A DNA stretch of 64,000 nt from the human T2T-CHM13v2.0 reference genome, Homo sapiens. Below, piece after piece: positions 43,916 through 59,060 of the stretch. The translations under genes and the position numbers were made by a program. Location: the NCBI RefSeq assembly GCF_009914755.1, contig NC_060930.1. The stretch is one strand, 5' to 3'. The notes below the pieces were generated by a model. That model was not told the origin of the DNA and did not search any database. It saw only the letters and a list, made by a program, of their open reading frames with translations. The stretch's first letter is position 1; each line of letters starts with the position of its first letter.

Positions 43916-44538
43916 AAAGCCTTCTTAATGCACAACTTCAATGCTCTTCCCTTGCTCCAAGCCCTACTGGCTTCCCACTGCACTGGGGATAAAATCTACA
44001 GCCAAAAAGGTCCAGTGTGATCTTCCTGAAGGCATCTCCATCTCCGGCCACATTCTCCCCTAACCACTATGCTGGATGCTGGCCAAGCACCTCGGGCTCC
44101 TATCTCGAGGCCTTTCCCTGTGAAGTCCCATCTACCTAGAATGGCTCAGTCTCAGCTCCCTTCACATCTGCAGGGAGGCTTCAGCTGGCCACGGTATATG
44201 AAGGAGCCCAGCATTCTGTTATTCGCTGTGCCCTTCACAAGCCTTTCCAAACCTGTGACTGTTTATGTGTTCATTATGCTGCAGCGAGCCCCCTGCCTCC
44301 CGCCACAGAGGGCCAGGACCATGCATGGCCGCATTATTTACCATTTCGCCACCTGCACTGCCCAGCACAGAGGAAGCACTTTGGGATTGGTTGAATGAAA
44401 GAGAAAAAAAGGAAGGAAAAGTCCAGCTGAGGTTGAAGACTGCAGTTTGGAGATGCATAAATCAATAAAGTTGTACAATTTCCCCCCACCCTGTCAGTAT
44501 TCTTTCCGGTGAACCTGTCTGACCCTCATCTTCTCACC

Positions 44539-44815
44539 TTTTTCTTTTTTTCTTTCCTTTTTTTTTTTTTTTTGAGACGGAGTCTCGCTCTGTCGCCCAG
44601 GTTGGAGTGCAGTGGCACAATCTCGGCCTCAGCCTCCCGAGTAGCTGGGACTACAGGCGCCCACCACCACGCCCGGCTAATTTTTTGTATTTTTAGTAGA
44701 GACAGGTTTTCACCGTGTTAGCCAGGATGGTCTTGAGATATCTCCTGACCTTGTGATCGGCCCGCCTCGGCCTCCCAAAGTGCTAGGATTACAGGCGTGA
44801 GCCACCGCGCCCGGC
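44539..44815 (-). mobile_element. AluY-like with an internal deletion
   Basis: atctcggc joins directly to ctcagcctcccga; TSD-like tcacctt. Confidence 0.85.
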
Positions 44816-45876
44816 TTCACCTTTCTTTCATATATACATCACCAAATATTTATTATGCAACCCACTGGCACATGGGCTGGGGTATTCACCGTGGGAAATG
44901 AGAAAAAGAAGATCCCAATCCTGCAGCCTGCAGTACGGCAGGGGAAGAATCCTTCGAGTTCTTCAACACAAAATTCCCACAAGTTTGCTATGCTCGCGGC
45001 TTCACGGGATGCCAGCCCTGGTTACCAGAATGACTTAACTGAAGCTTTCTCTTGTTCTCCAGAAAACCCAGTTTTCACTACACTCTAGGGGCCAAGACAA
45101 CATTTCCCAGATCCTATGCTGCTTGATATGAATCTCTAGGGTCCTCTCATCTTACAGAGTCACCTTTTTGCTGTGCTGAGGGAAGAGTATCTAGGCCTCT
45201 GGCTCTGGCTCTCATGAGCTAAGTGACCTCAATCAGATCACTTGGCTTCTTCACTGCAGTGTAAAATGCAGGAGCTGGGAAGGTGACCCTGTGGTTCCCA
45301 CTGGCCCTGCGTTGCTATGATTCTGTACTTCTTAAGGTGCTGTGTTTTTTCCCATCATCAAACTAATCAGGCACCACCTTCATGCCAAACCCCCGATAGC
45401 AGAAAGTCCTCTAATAGCAAAGCCAGCTCCCATCAACAGAGCAGGAATTGGCACTATTTGTGTACAGTTAACTGACATGTGCAAAAGTAGTGTTTCTGAG
45501 GTTAATACATGATAAGATCATACGAGGCCAGAATTAAGAGAAGAACTGTAAAGCACTGTTATACTTCTTGGTTTTGTTTAATGCTTAATAAAACAGTTGT
45601 GTGCATCGTGCATCTGATATACAGAAAACCAGATCCTGGGTTGGCTCAGCTGGGACTGACTGTTAGGGTGGAGGGTGAAAGCCTCCCTGTGATCACTGCA
45701 CATTGTCACAGCAGGGACAGCAGTGTCCCCTCTGCTGTCCTTCCCAGAGAGGGCAAGAGCAGGCAATGCCACTGAGGTTCTCAAAAGGAAAAAAAATTCT
45801 ACTCTCGGAAACATTCACACTAACATACAATTCACATCGTGGATTTAAGCAGCACGTTAAAGAAAGTCAAAGGCCT

Positions 45877-46721
<845 letters not shown>

Positions 46722-47972
46722 TTACCAAATATTATGGTTAAGAAGAACTCAAATTTCCTCTAATATTCAAAAGAATCTACTAAAATTTGGGAAAATGCAC
46801 ATATAAAATTACACGTATAATTACAGAAAACAGGTAAATGTCACTTTCTGCATGGCAGGTGCTTTCTAAGACTTAATATATATATATATAACCCCTTAAG
46901 TCTCCTAGCATCCCCTCATATGTGTACTATAACTGTCCCACCTGGAGCTGAGGAACTGAGGCACCCAGAGGGAGGTGACTTGCTCACAGCCTCGCCGAGC
47001 CTGGCTCACACCAGGGGACTCACATTCTCACTGCCAGATGCTACCCCCATCCTCCAACACAGAAACGTTCACAGATGTCTCTTTAGCTGATCTCTGGAAA
47101 GTACAGTTTTATATAACAGGAAATTATACACATCATTTAAGCTAACTTAGCTTACTGTCTGTGACTGCCATCAGAAATGTTCATGGCCATGTAGATATAA
47201 ATGGCTCTCCCACCTGGATGGGTCAGACGAGAAAATACTTTTAACTTAAAGACATTATCAGAAGCCAGTATGTGATGAGTTGGGTAGCCCAAGTTTCTAA
47301 ATAACACTCAAAAATACAGGTGAGGGGGATTCTGTATATTCTTTCTAGGAAATCTGGATGGAATTCTTTTCTAGGGCTTTCATGTTTGAATGTATCTCTA
47401 GAAACTGGCCCTCCAGGCTGGTAGTGACCTAAGCAGCCATATGCAACTGACTGCCTCCAAAGGATGAAACACTTGTGGAATTCACAAACTCTCTACCTAT
47501 ATGTTCCAAATTTATTTTGAAAAAACTTTAGAAAATGGCAAGTTATCCCTTGCTGGAACCAAATAACAATATGGTACTTTAGGCTGTGTACTTCAAGTTT
47601 TCTGTGTGCCATTCACATTTCAGAAATAGACAAAAGCAGAGAGAGAGAAACAGTACTACAGAAAGAGAAAATGTCAAGTAGTTGTCAGCACAGGTCACCA
47701 TGTACCTGTATATCCTAAGGGCTCCAGAAACAAAATACCTGTCTAGTGGCTTGTAAGTAGAGAAGGGCCAGTTCCCTTGGCTCATGTACGGACTTGTGTT
47801 TCACCACAAAAACAAAAACAAAGGAAGCGCCTGCCCCACAGAAACACGCACAAGCATGAGCAGCAATACTGGCAACATTTTGGAAATATTGTAAACCCTG
47901 ACTGAGGGTTCACACTCCCAGAGTCCAGGACCCAGCCTTGGCCCTTGTGGAAACAACTAGGTGATCCCTTAA

Positions 47973-48360
<388 letters not shown>

Positions 48361-49183
48361 ACCTGTATTTTTTTATGGAAGAGAAGAAAATGTGGGAGTA
48401 CCACTCCAAGGAAGAGAGCTAAGCAAAGAGAAAACAAACAGGACAGGCAGGCAGGAGGCAGCAAAGAGGGAGGCAAAACTTTGGGGAAGAGGAAAAGCAG
48501 ATTAGATGGCCACTGTTTCCAGTTAGAGCCCTCAAATGGCCTCCACAGCCATTCCCAAGAGCAGTCTTTAAGTAAAACAACAGCTACTGAAACCTTTCCC
48601 ATGGAACCACCAACCGCATCCTCCCCAGATACCCACCGGGAGTAGAGATACTTTAATCACCTCCATCCCTCATGGCCTGTTTCTTGTTTTGGAGAGGCAC
48701 GGCACTGCCAACAATATAAAAGCTTTCTGCTTGGGAGTCCTAAAAGAATGACACTTTCCCCAAAACAAAGAATTTATTCCATCTAAACCAACTTATATTT
48801 ATTTAGCCAGGACATACATCAACTAGATGCTACTACTATGTAACACTCCCTCATGGAGGGCTTACAGATGCCTTCAGGGGTTCTCACTATACACACTGTC
48901 AACAGGTGGTCCTGAAGAGCACCAACAACTGGAGATGCCATCTTCTGCTTACGATCGCCACAGCTGTTTAGTGACTTAAGCAAGAAGCATAGGTCATATT
49001 CGTAAGAGGTAACTCCTTGAAGTGATTTTGCACAAGGCTTATGCCTTGATGGGAAAATCACACATTAGAATGACAGTCTTCTATTGAAAAATAAGTATTT
49101 AATTTCAAGTTTATTTTCATAACATTTTACTTATATACATATACCATATAACTATGTAAAGTATGTGGTTAGACCCATTATAA

Positions 49184-49872
<689 letters not shown>

Positions 49873-50272
49873 ATGACCATCTAACCTAAAAAAGTCCACC
49901 TTTGTATCACAGTCACTTCTATCATACTGCCTTTTAAATTTTTTCCTTCTGAAGACAACACTTTTTGAAATTACCGACTCTATTAGGATAATGGCTTCCT
50001 GTCTGTCACCTCCTCTAAAACATCTGCACCGTAGAATTAGGGATCTCATCTGTCTTATTACCTGCAGTATCTTCTCCACCTCCTAGAACAGATTCTAGGA
50101 GGCACTTAGTAAATAACTACTGAATGAATGAAGAACGAACGCCTCCCCACACACCAAAGCAACAGGAAGCCATTATGGAAAAATTCAAATATAGCGGACA
50201 CAGAGTCAGACAACTTGGGCTTAAGAACCAGCTTGACTTCCTGATTTCCTCTCTGTGTACAGAAGTTGCTTA

Positions 50273-50557
<285 letters not shown>

Positions 50558-51174
50558 TCAATATTTATACTGGCATCAAAGAAAAAATTCATTAGCATAA
50601 ATCCTTAAATAAGCAAGTTAATCTGGCAAGACTGAACTTTCTCATCTTCAACCCCATTTTGCAACTGATTGGCTACCTCTCAAGTGCGTGATAGTTTGTT
50701 TACAAATAATAGTAGAAAGAAAGTATAAAGACCAGGGTTCAGGCCCCTACTCTACCACCCAACTTTAAGCCCTCCTCCCCCATCATCATCGCATATGAAT
50801 AATAAATATATGAATAATCCAGAGACCTCAGAGTGCTACTGTGAAGATAAAAACCTAGTATTACACTTTGTCCAGCCAGTTGGAGCTTGCTCATGTCAGC
50901 CTACAATAGGATTTTGGCACCAAAGGCTACGTGGGCACCATCAGGAAAAGCACCATCCTATTAAACAGTGGGACGATGACACCAGTCCCATTCCATTGGC
51001 AACGCTAGACAACACCTCCACAAAAAGCCTTCTATCACCAGTCATATGTTCTTTTGCTACCAGATCTTTCTTATTAAGATGTAATTCATGTACCATAAAA
51101 TTTTCTCTTTTAAAGTGTACAATTCAGTGGATTTTAGTATTTCCACAAGGTTATGCAACAATCACCACTATCTA

Positions 51175-51519
51175 CAGCTGACCCTTGAACTAACTTGGGG
51201 TTAGGCGTGCCAACCCCCTCATAGTAAAAAATCCATGTGTAACATTTGACTTTCCCAAAGCTTAACTGCTAATAGCCTACTGTTGACCAGAAGTTTTACA
51301 GATAACATAAAGTCTATTAACACACAGATTTATATCTACATATATTTTATGCATTCATGACATACCTTTTTCTTAATTTTTTCTGATATTTTGAGACTAC
51401 AAAGTTTTTTCAAATTGTTGCAAATCTCCAAAAAATTTTCCAGTACGTTTACTGAAAAAAAAAATCTACTTATAAGTGGACCTGTGAAGTTCAAACCTAC
51501 ATTGTTCAAGGGTCTACTG
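51175..51519. mobile_element. Tigger2-family (MER28/Tigger2a-like) MITE
   Basis: TIRs cagctgacccttgaac ... gttcaagggtctactg; TA duplication at 51173-51174 and 51520-51521. Confidence 0.85.
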
Positions 51520-51621
51520 TAATTTGAGAACATTTCCATCACCCCAAAAAGAAACCCTACCCACGAGCCATCATTCTTTATTTCCTATTCTCCCAACTCC
51601 TGTAATCAAGAACCTACTTTC

Positions 51622-51897
51622 TTTTTTTTTTTTTTTTTTTTTTTTTTGAGACAGGGTCTCACTCCATTGCCCAGGCTGGAGTGCAGTGGTGCAATCTCAG
51701 CTGACTGCAACCTCTGCCTCCCAGGTTCAAGCAATCCTCCCACCTTCAGCCTCCCAAGTAGCTGGGACTACAGATGCAAGCTACCATGCCCAGCTAATTT
51801 TTGTGTTTGTAGAGACAGGGTTTCACCATGTTGTCCAGGCTGGTCTCAAATTCCTAAGTTCAGGAACTCCACCTGCCTTGGCCTCCCAAAGTGCTGA
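51622..51897 (-). mobile_element. Alu nested in L1
   Basis: Antisense dimer lacking the extreme 5' end. Confidence 0.85.
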
Positions 51898-52716
51898 GAA
51901 CGAATGTACTTTCTATCTCTATGATTTGCCTGTTCTGAATATTTCATATAAATCATTTCATACAATATGCAACCTTTTATCTTTGTCTTATTTCATATAT
52001 CATCAGGTGATCAAGGTTTATCTATGTTGCAGCCTGCACCAGTACTTCAGTCCTCTTCATGGCTGACTAATATTCCATTGTATAGATATACCACATTTTT
52101 ATCCATTCATCAGTTGATGGACACTTGGGTTTGTTTCCTCTTTTTGGCTATTATAAATAATGTTGCTATGAACATTCATGTATAGGTTTTTAGGTGAATG
52201 TACGTTCTCAGTTCTCTTGGGGATATACCTAGGAGTGGAACTGTTGAGTCATGTGGTAACTCTTGAACATTCTGAGGAACTGCCAAACTGTTTCCCAGAG
52301 GAGCTGCACCATGTTACATTCCTGCCAGCAATTTATGAAGATTCCAATTTCTTCACATCTTCACCAACACTAGTTATCATCCATCGTTTTTAGTATAGCC
52401 ATAATAGTGGGTAAGAAGTAGTGTATTATTGTGTTATCAGATTTTAACATCCAAATTTTAAGTAGGTCCTCAGAAACAGAAACTAAATACCAGACAGTGG
52501 AAGAAAAAAAATCCATATTACGCCAAGACAGTATTCCCAAACTTCAGTCATTCAGTCATTCAAGTACTACCCTCATGATTTTACCAAATCTGAGTGTCAT
52601 TTCTACTTATTTACTTGTTTAACAAATCAATTCATTTTTAATTTCATTTTTATAAGAACCTTTAAGTCACTGCTATAAATATGTGTGGCTTGCCATAAAT
52701 AGAAATACCATGAATG

Positions 52717-52982
52717 CACACTTTGGGAGGCTGAGGCAGGCAGATCGCTTGAGGTCAAGAGTTCGAGACCAGCCTGGCCAACATGGTGAAACCCCATCTC
52801 TACTAAAATTATAAAAAGTAGCCAGGCATGGTGGCACAGAGGCATGCAATCCCAGCTACTGGGGAGTCTGAGGCAGGAGAATTGCTTCAATCCAGGAGGC
52901 GGAGGTTGCAGTGAGCCAAGATCGCATCATTGCACTCCAGCCACGGCAACAAAGCAAGACTCCCTCTCAATAAATAAATAAC
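52717..52982 (+). mobile_element. 5'-truncated AluS
   Basis: Starts at cactttgggagg; TSD-like aaataccatgaat / aaataacatgaat. Confidence 0.85.
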
Positions 52983-55159
52983 ATGAATATAAATATGAAA
53001 GCAAAGCAAACTTAGCTAGATGGAACTGTCTCCCAGGGCCTGCTTATTCATGCTAAAAGAAAAATTTGCAAATAAAAGGTGCTGGAAAAATGACAGCTAC
53101 AGAGAGAATCTTTCCTTGACCTCATCAAACAGACTGGACAGCAAGGTGCTGGAACCATCAGTGACACAGTAGTTCCCTGTCACGTTTGTGTCTCTTATAA
53201 CGTAATCTCTTTACTATCCCAGGCACCTCACTTTGAGAGACCCTGCCATAACGCTTCAGGAAATGCCAGTCCTGAAATAGAAGTCCAGTTCCATAGTGGC
53301 CATCATACTGGGGGTTTTGATGGACAATTCTCTACATAGCCCATTACACTTGGCTGAGGGTGTCCCTACTTCATGGTAACAAACCTTGTTCAGCAAATTT
53401 CCAATAAGTCTGCCCATTCTCTAGCTGCAAGCACCTGGCTTTTCAAGTTTCAACAAAAACAACTTTCAGAGCAAATATACGTAATACAAATTAAAATAAA
53501 GAGCACCTGCCCTGGGCAGGCAAGCCCAGACAGCGCTATCCATAATGTGACAAAGTGCCTGGATGGGCTTTACTGACAGAACTGGCCCCAAGTATAATTT
53601 AAAAAACACACACACACAATGCACTGGTTGTGCTTAAATACAATTCAGCCTTCCTCACCCAGCCCAACACACGTACTATTTATAGTGAGATAAAAGCAGC
53701 CAGTGACAGCATATTTGGATGCCTCCAGATTTTAAGAATAATTATCATCTGTCATCATCCAAGCTTAATAAAATACTAAATAGTATATTACATTAAAAGA
53801 AAAGGAGTGATGATTAAATCTGAAGGTACTCCACTGCCTCTGTACCTGGGTACTCCTCCTGGGCCCTCAGATCTCTGCTCACACATCCTTTTCACTGGGA
53901 ACACTTCCCTGGCCCTCAACTCTAAATCCCCTTTATTTCATATCTCGGGATACCTATCATTTCCCTTCCTAGCACATCTCGCTATGTAGTTTACTCTATG
54001 GATGGCTGGTGTCTGTCTCCCAACAACAAACCCCATGAAAACAAAAACCACGACTGTTTTGGTCCACATCATGCCGCCAACAGCTACAACAGTTCTTGGG
54101 ACAGAGGAGATATTCAAGAATTATTTGCTGAATGGATGAGTTCAGAGGATGTCAAAATTGTATAAATTTTTTTTTATTTTATAAGGTCTGGCCATACTTA
54201 GAACTACCACTAAGAGTACATCTTTAAAAGGAAAAAAAAAAAAAGCAAAACAACAACAACAAAAAAACGTACAGGGCAGGACTCTACAACTTTCTAGAGT
54301 TCCCTGCTAACTGACTACAACCCAGGCTATCCCATACAATAGGAACCTCCCTTTCTTCTAAACTAAGTGAGGTATCGAGTCTATCAATGAGCTTTTATGG
54401 AGGGCCTGCTGGTCAGTGGAGGGAAGTTGGTGATGAAGGAAGGAAGAAGGCAAAGAAACTAAAATGGACTGAGTGCTTACCATGATACACACATTCCTCC
54501 TTCAGTCCCCAAAGAACCCTCCGTGATCACCATGGTGCATCTTAGGCTTATAAAATGTAGTAACTTGCTCAAAGTCACACAGCTAATCTATGGTCAAACA
54601 GGAACAAGTATCTAGTTCATTATGAGCTGAAGACGTTAGACAAGTGCCAGAGAGCACACACACGTTGAAAGGGGCCAGAAAATAATGGACAAAGTTAGAT
54701 GATAGAGCTAGTGGGGCTATTGTTAGTTTATCATTTTCTATGCGTTAGGCATAGGACTAAAGCATTGACTCGCAAAATTTGATGTGTTCATCATACAAGC
54801 TCCAGGAGGTGGGCACAATGATTATCGCCATTTTTTTAGGGTGAAACTGTAGCTTAAAAGAGTGACCTGGAAAGTGGTTGAAATCTGAAGCCCAAGCTGT
54901 CTGAGTTCACATTCAGAGCAATGACCCCTGCCTCCACCTCCTGCCACGATGCTGGGGGAGAATGGCATAAACAAGGCACAGAAGAGGAATGAGGACGTTG
55001 TACAGTGAGCGCATGCATTTAGGGAGTGTCTACTCTACAGGGTAACGAGTAGAGGTGAACGACAGAGCCTGGCTCTTACAGAGCATCTAGAAGACAGTGA
55101 AGTCAGAGTGGGTCTGACATATAGGGTCTGGAGTCAGGTCGCCTGGATTCAAACACTGA

Positions 55160-55904
<745 letters not shown>

Positions 55905-57587
55905 CTATTATTGTTCTTGGAACTAATGGAAAACAAAAACAAGGTTAGATGGGAAAGATATGGCCAAAGTAAAGGACCGTGGAAGGATTGAGTTCAGCAG
56001 GGTCTAAAGAATGTGCAAGATAGACGGGGGCTTGCTAGAGTCAGAGATGCCCTTGGGAAGGCAGCTGGGCCATCTGGATGTGGGGTGGTGTGCCCCTGGC
56101 ACAGCCGTAGACTATAGTGTCATGGGAGAAAGAAATGGACAGGATGAGATGATGGACTACGACATCACATGAAAGGCAAAAACTAGCCAAAGAGGGTGCC
56201 AAGGGTTTGGACCAGGTTCAAACTCTACACTAGACAGAAAATGTGGCACAAAAGAGAGAGGAGAAGTGTGGGAAGAAGATGAGGTCATGCCTTTCCTCCT
56301 GTGCCTGCTGACTTGACAGTGGCTGTGAGTGAGTCAGAAAGTTGGGCAGAGACTGCGGGCCTCAGGAGGCTCCAGACCAGGGCCCTGCGGAAGAGCTGGC
56401 CCAAGGAAATCACCATTTACTGAGCATATACTATGTTTACATTGTTCATGGTTAAATCTAAGTCTTGTTTTTTCCTTCTGAAAAGTCTGCAAGATCACTC
56501 CTGATCTCCCTTGTACACGAGGAAGCTGATGGAGAGGGACTGGGGACATTGCTGAAGATGACACAGCTAAAAAGTGGTAGAACTGGTCTTGAGGTCCAGG
56601 CCCATCCGACTCCAGAACCCATTGTCTTCCCACTGGGAGGCTCAGCCAGAGAAGCCGGGAGGTAGAACAAGTTCTGCTAAGAAGCCAGCACCTCAGAGTT
56701 ACAACACACGCCTGGCCCTTCTCCACCTCGTCCCTCCTGGCCACCATCTCTCCCCCTGGGCGCCCTTCCCTCCCCTTCTCCAATCCAGCACTGTGCTCAT
56801 TAGGCAGGACCCAGCAATAATCCACCCTCATCCATGAAGTTTTCACGCCCCCTCCCCGGTGGAAATGGTCACCTCCTCCATCTGCTGCAGCCCTTGCTGT
56901 CCTCCCTACCCACGGGCATGTATAGACAAGCTTCAACTCAGGTGTGGTGTTCTGGCCACCTTATGCCACCCGCTGACAGATGGGGCTGATTCTGCTACTG
57001 GGCATTTCCCAGGGCCTCTTGCTCCCTCTCAGCTCCATCCAAGTCCCCCTGAAAGCTGCACTCTCAGTCAAATGTCAGTCTTCTGGGGACAGGAGGACTC
57101 CCCAGCCCTAGGCCTTCCTGGGGCGGAGCCACCCTGCTGCACCTCTGACAAATTCCAAGTACTGTGGCTAGCTCTGCTCCACTACGTCCTCCTCCAAACT
57201 AGAATGTAAGTTTCTAGAAAGAAGTCATTTCCCTGTGCTGTTTGTAGTGCCTTACACGTGGTCGACGACCAATAAATAACCACCATTGTCAAAGATGATA
57301 AAAAAACCTTAAGTACAGTAACACCTCACCTCACACAACTTGGAACCAAAAGGCAAGCCAGGGGACCTCTAGGCAAACAGTGTAAGAAGGCTTGGGGGTG
57401 TTGTTTTTACCCTGCAAACCCAGCAGTGATGCCAGCAGAAGTAATAATATCATTTTTTTTTTTCGGATATGGATGGTTCAGCGTTAGAAAGACTTGAAAA
57501 AACAAAATGAGTCCTCCTTCTTTGAAATGTTAAAGATATGATAAAACCTATGCCATCAAGTACATTCGCTTGACTTAAGGCCTTCTA

Positions 57588-57901
<314 letters not shown>

Positions 57902-58732
57902 GACAGACCTTCACCCAAGGCCTGTTTGTTCTCATTTTAGAAAGCAGAAAAGTTCTTTTGTTTCCCAGCCTTCAAGAGAGACAAGTTTAGTAAATCCAAA
58001 AGAGGAGCCAGTGTGTGTTACTTGGAGCATCGGTTACCTAAAAGCCAAGGACAGTAACTTAGAAAACATGGCATTCTGGGGTCACTCGGCAAAGTAGTCA
58101 TACGAGTATCGGTAGGCCCTGTCATTATGGTAACCACACACTTCAGTGATTCTGAATAATTCATTCTTTCATAAGCAAGGAATGAAGAAATCATTAACTC
58201 AGGTTGAATGTACTCTGTAAGCCCAAAAAGTTAAAAATTTATTTTAGAAAGGTTTCCATCCAAAACTACAGGGAAAAATTAAAAATATCCAGGTCTTAAA
58301 AATATCCAGGTTTAAAGACCTTAAACCAGGTCTTAAGGTTCGGTTATCAGGAAAATCCCTATATATGAAACAGTTCATTCCCTCATGGGCCCAGCAAACA
58401 GAATGAGACATCATATCAATTCTCTCAGAAGAACTGCAGAATGTCTACTTTCTTATCTTCTTTTAACTTTGCAAATAGCCCAACTATGAAATGCACATGG
58501 CTGTGAGGTCAGGATGTCCTGAAGCCAATTTAAGGACCTAAAAAAACCTATTTTTACATAAAGAACCAACTTTATTTCAAAGCATTTCAAAAAAAGACAA
58601 TTCCTTCAGATTTTTCAATCACTGAACTATCAAAAATGATTGTAACATTATAACATCATGGCTTTTATTGGAATACCTGGGCAGCTATCAGCTTTGCAGA
58701 GTGAAAAAAAAAAATTCTGAGCTTCTTTGTAA

Positions 58733-59060
<328 letters not shown>

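Larger units (their letters stand above)
51065..52432 (-). mobile_element. L1MB-like 3' end carrying nested Tigger and Alu
   Basis: ttaaagtgtacaattcagtgg...tatgcaacaatcaccacta, later tttatccattcatcagttgatggacacttggg and gatatacctaggagtggaa. Confidence 0.85.

Noticed and set aside
56334-56936. Longest ORF in the track (200 aa, minus strand)
   Set aside because: No recognisable domain; it overlaps MIR/L2-like sequence in a moderately GC-rich patch and has no supporting splice structure.
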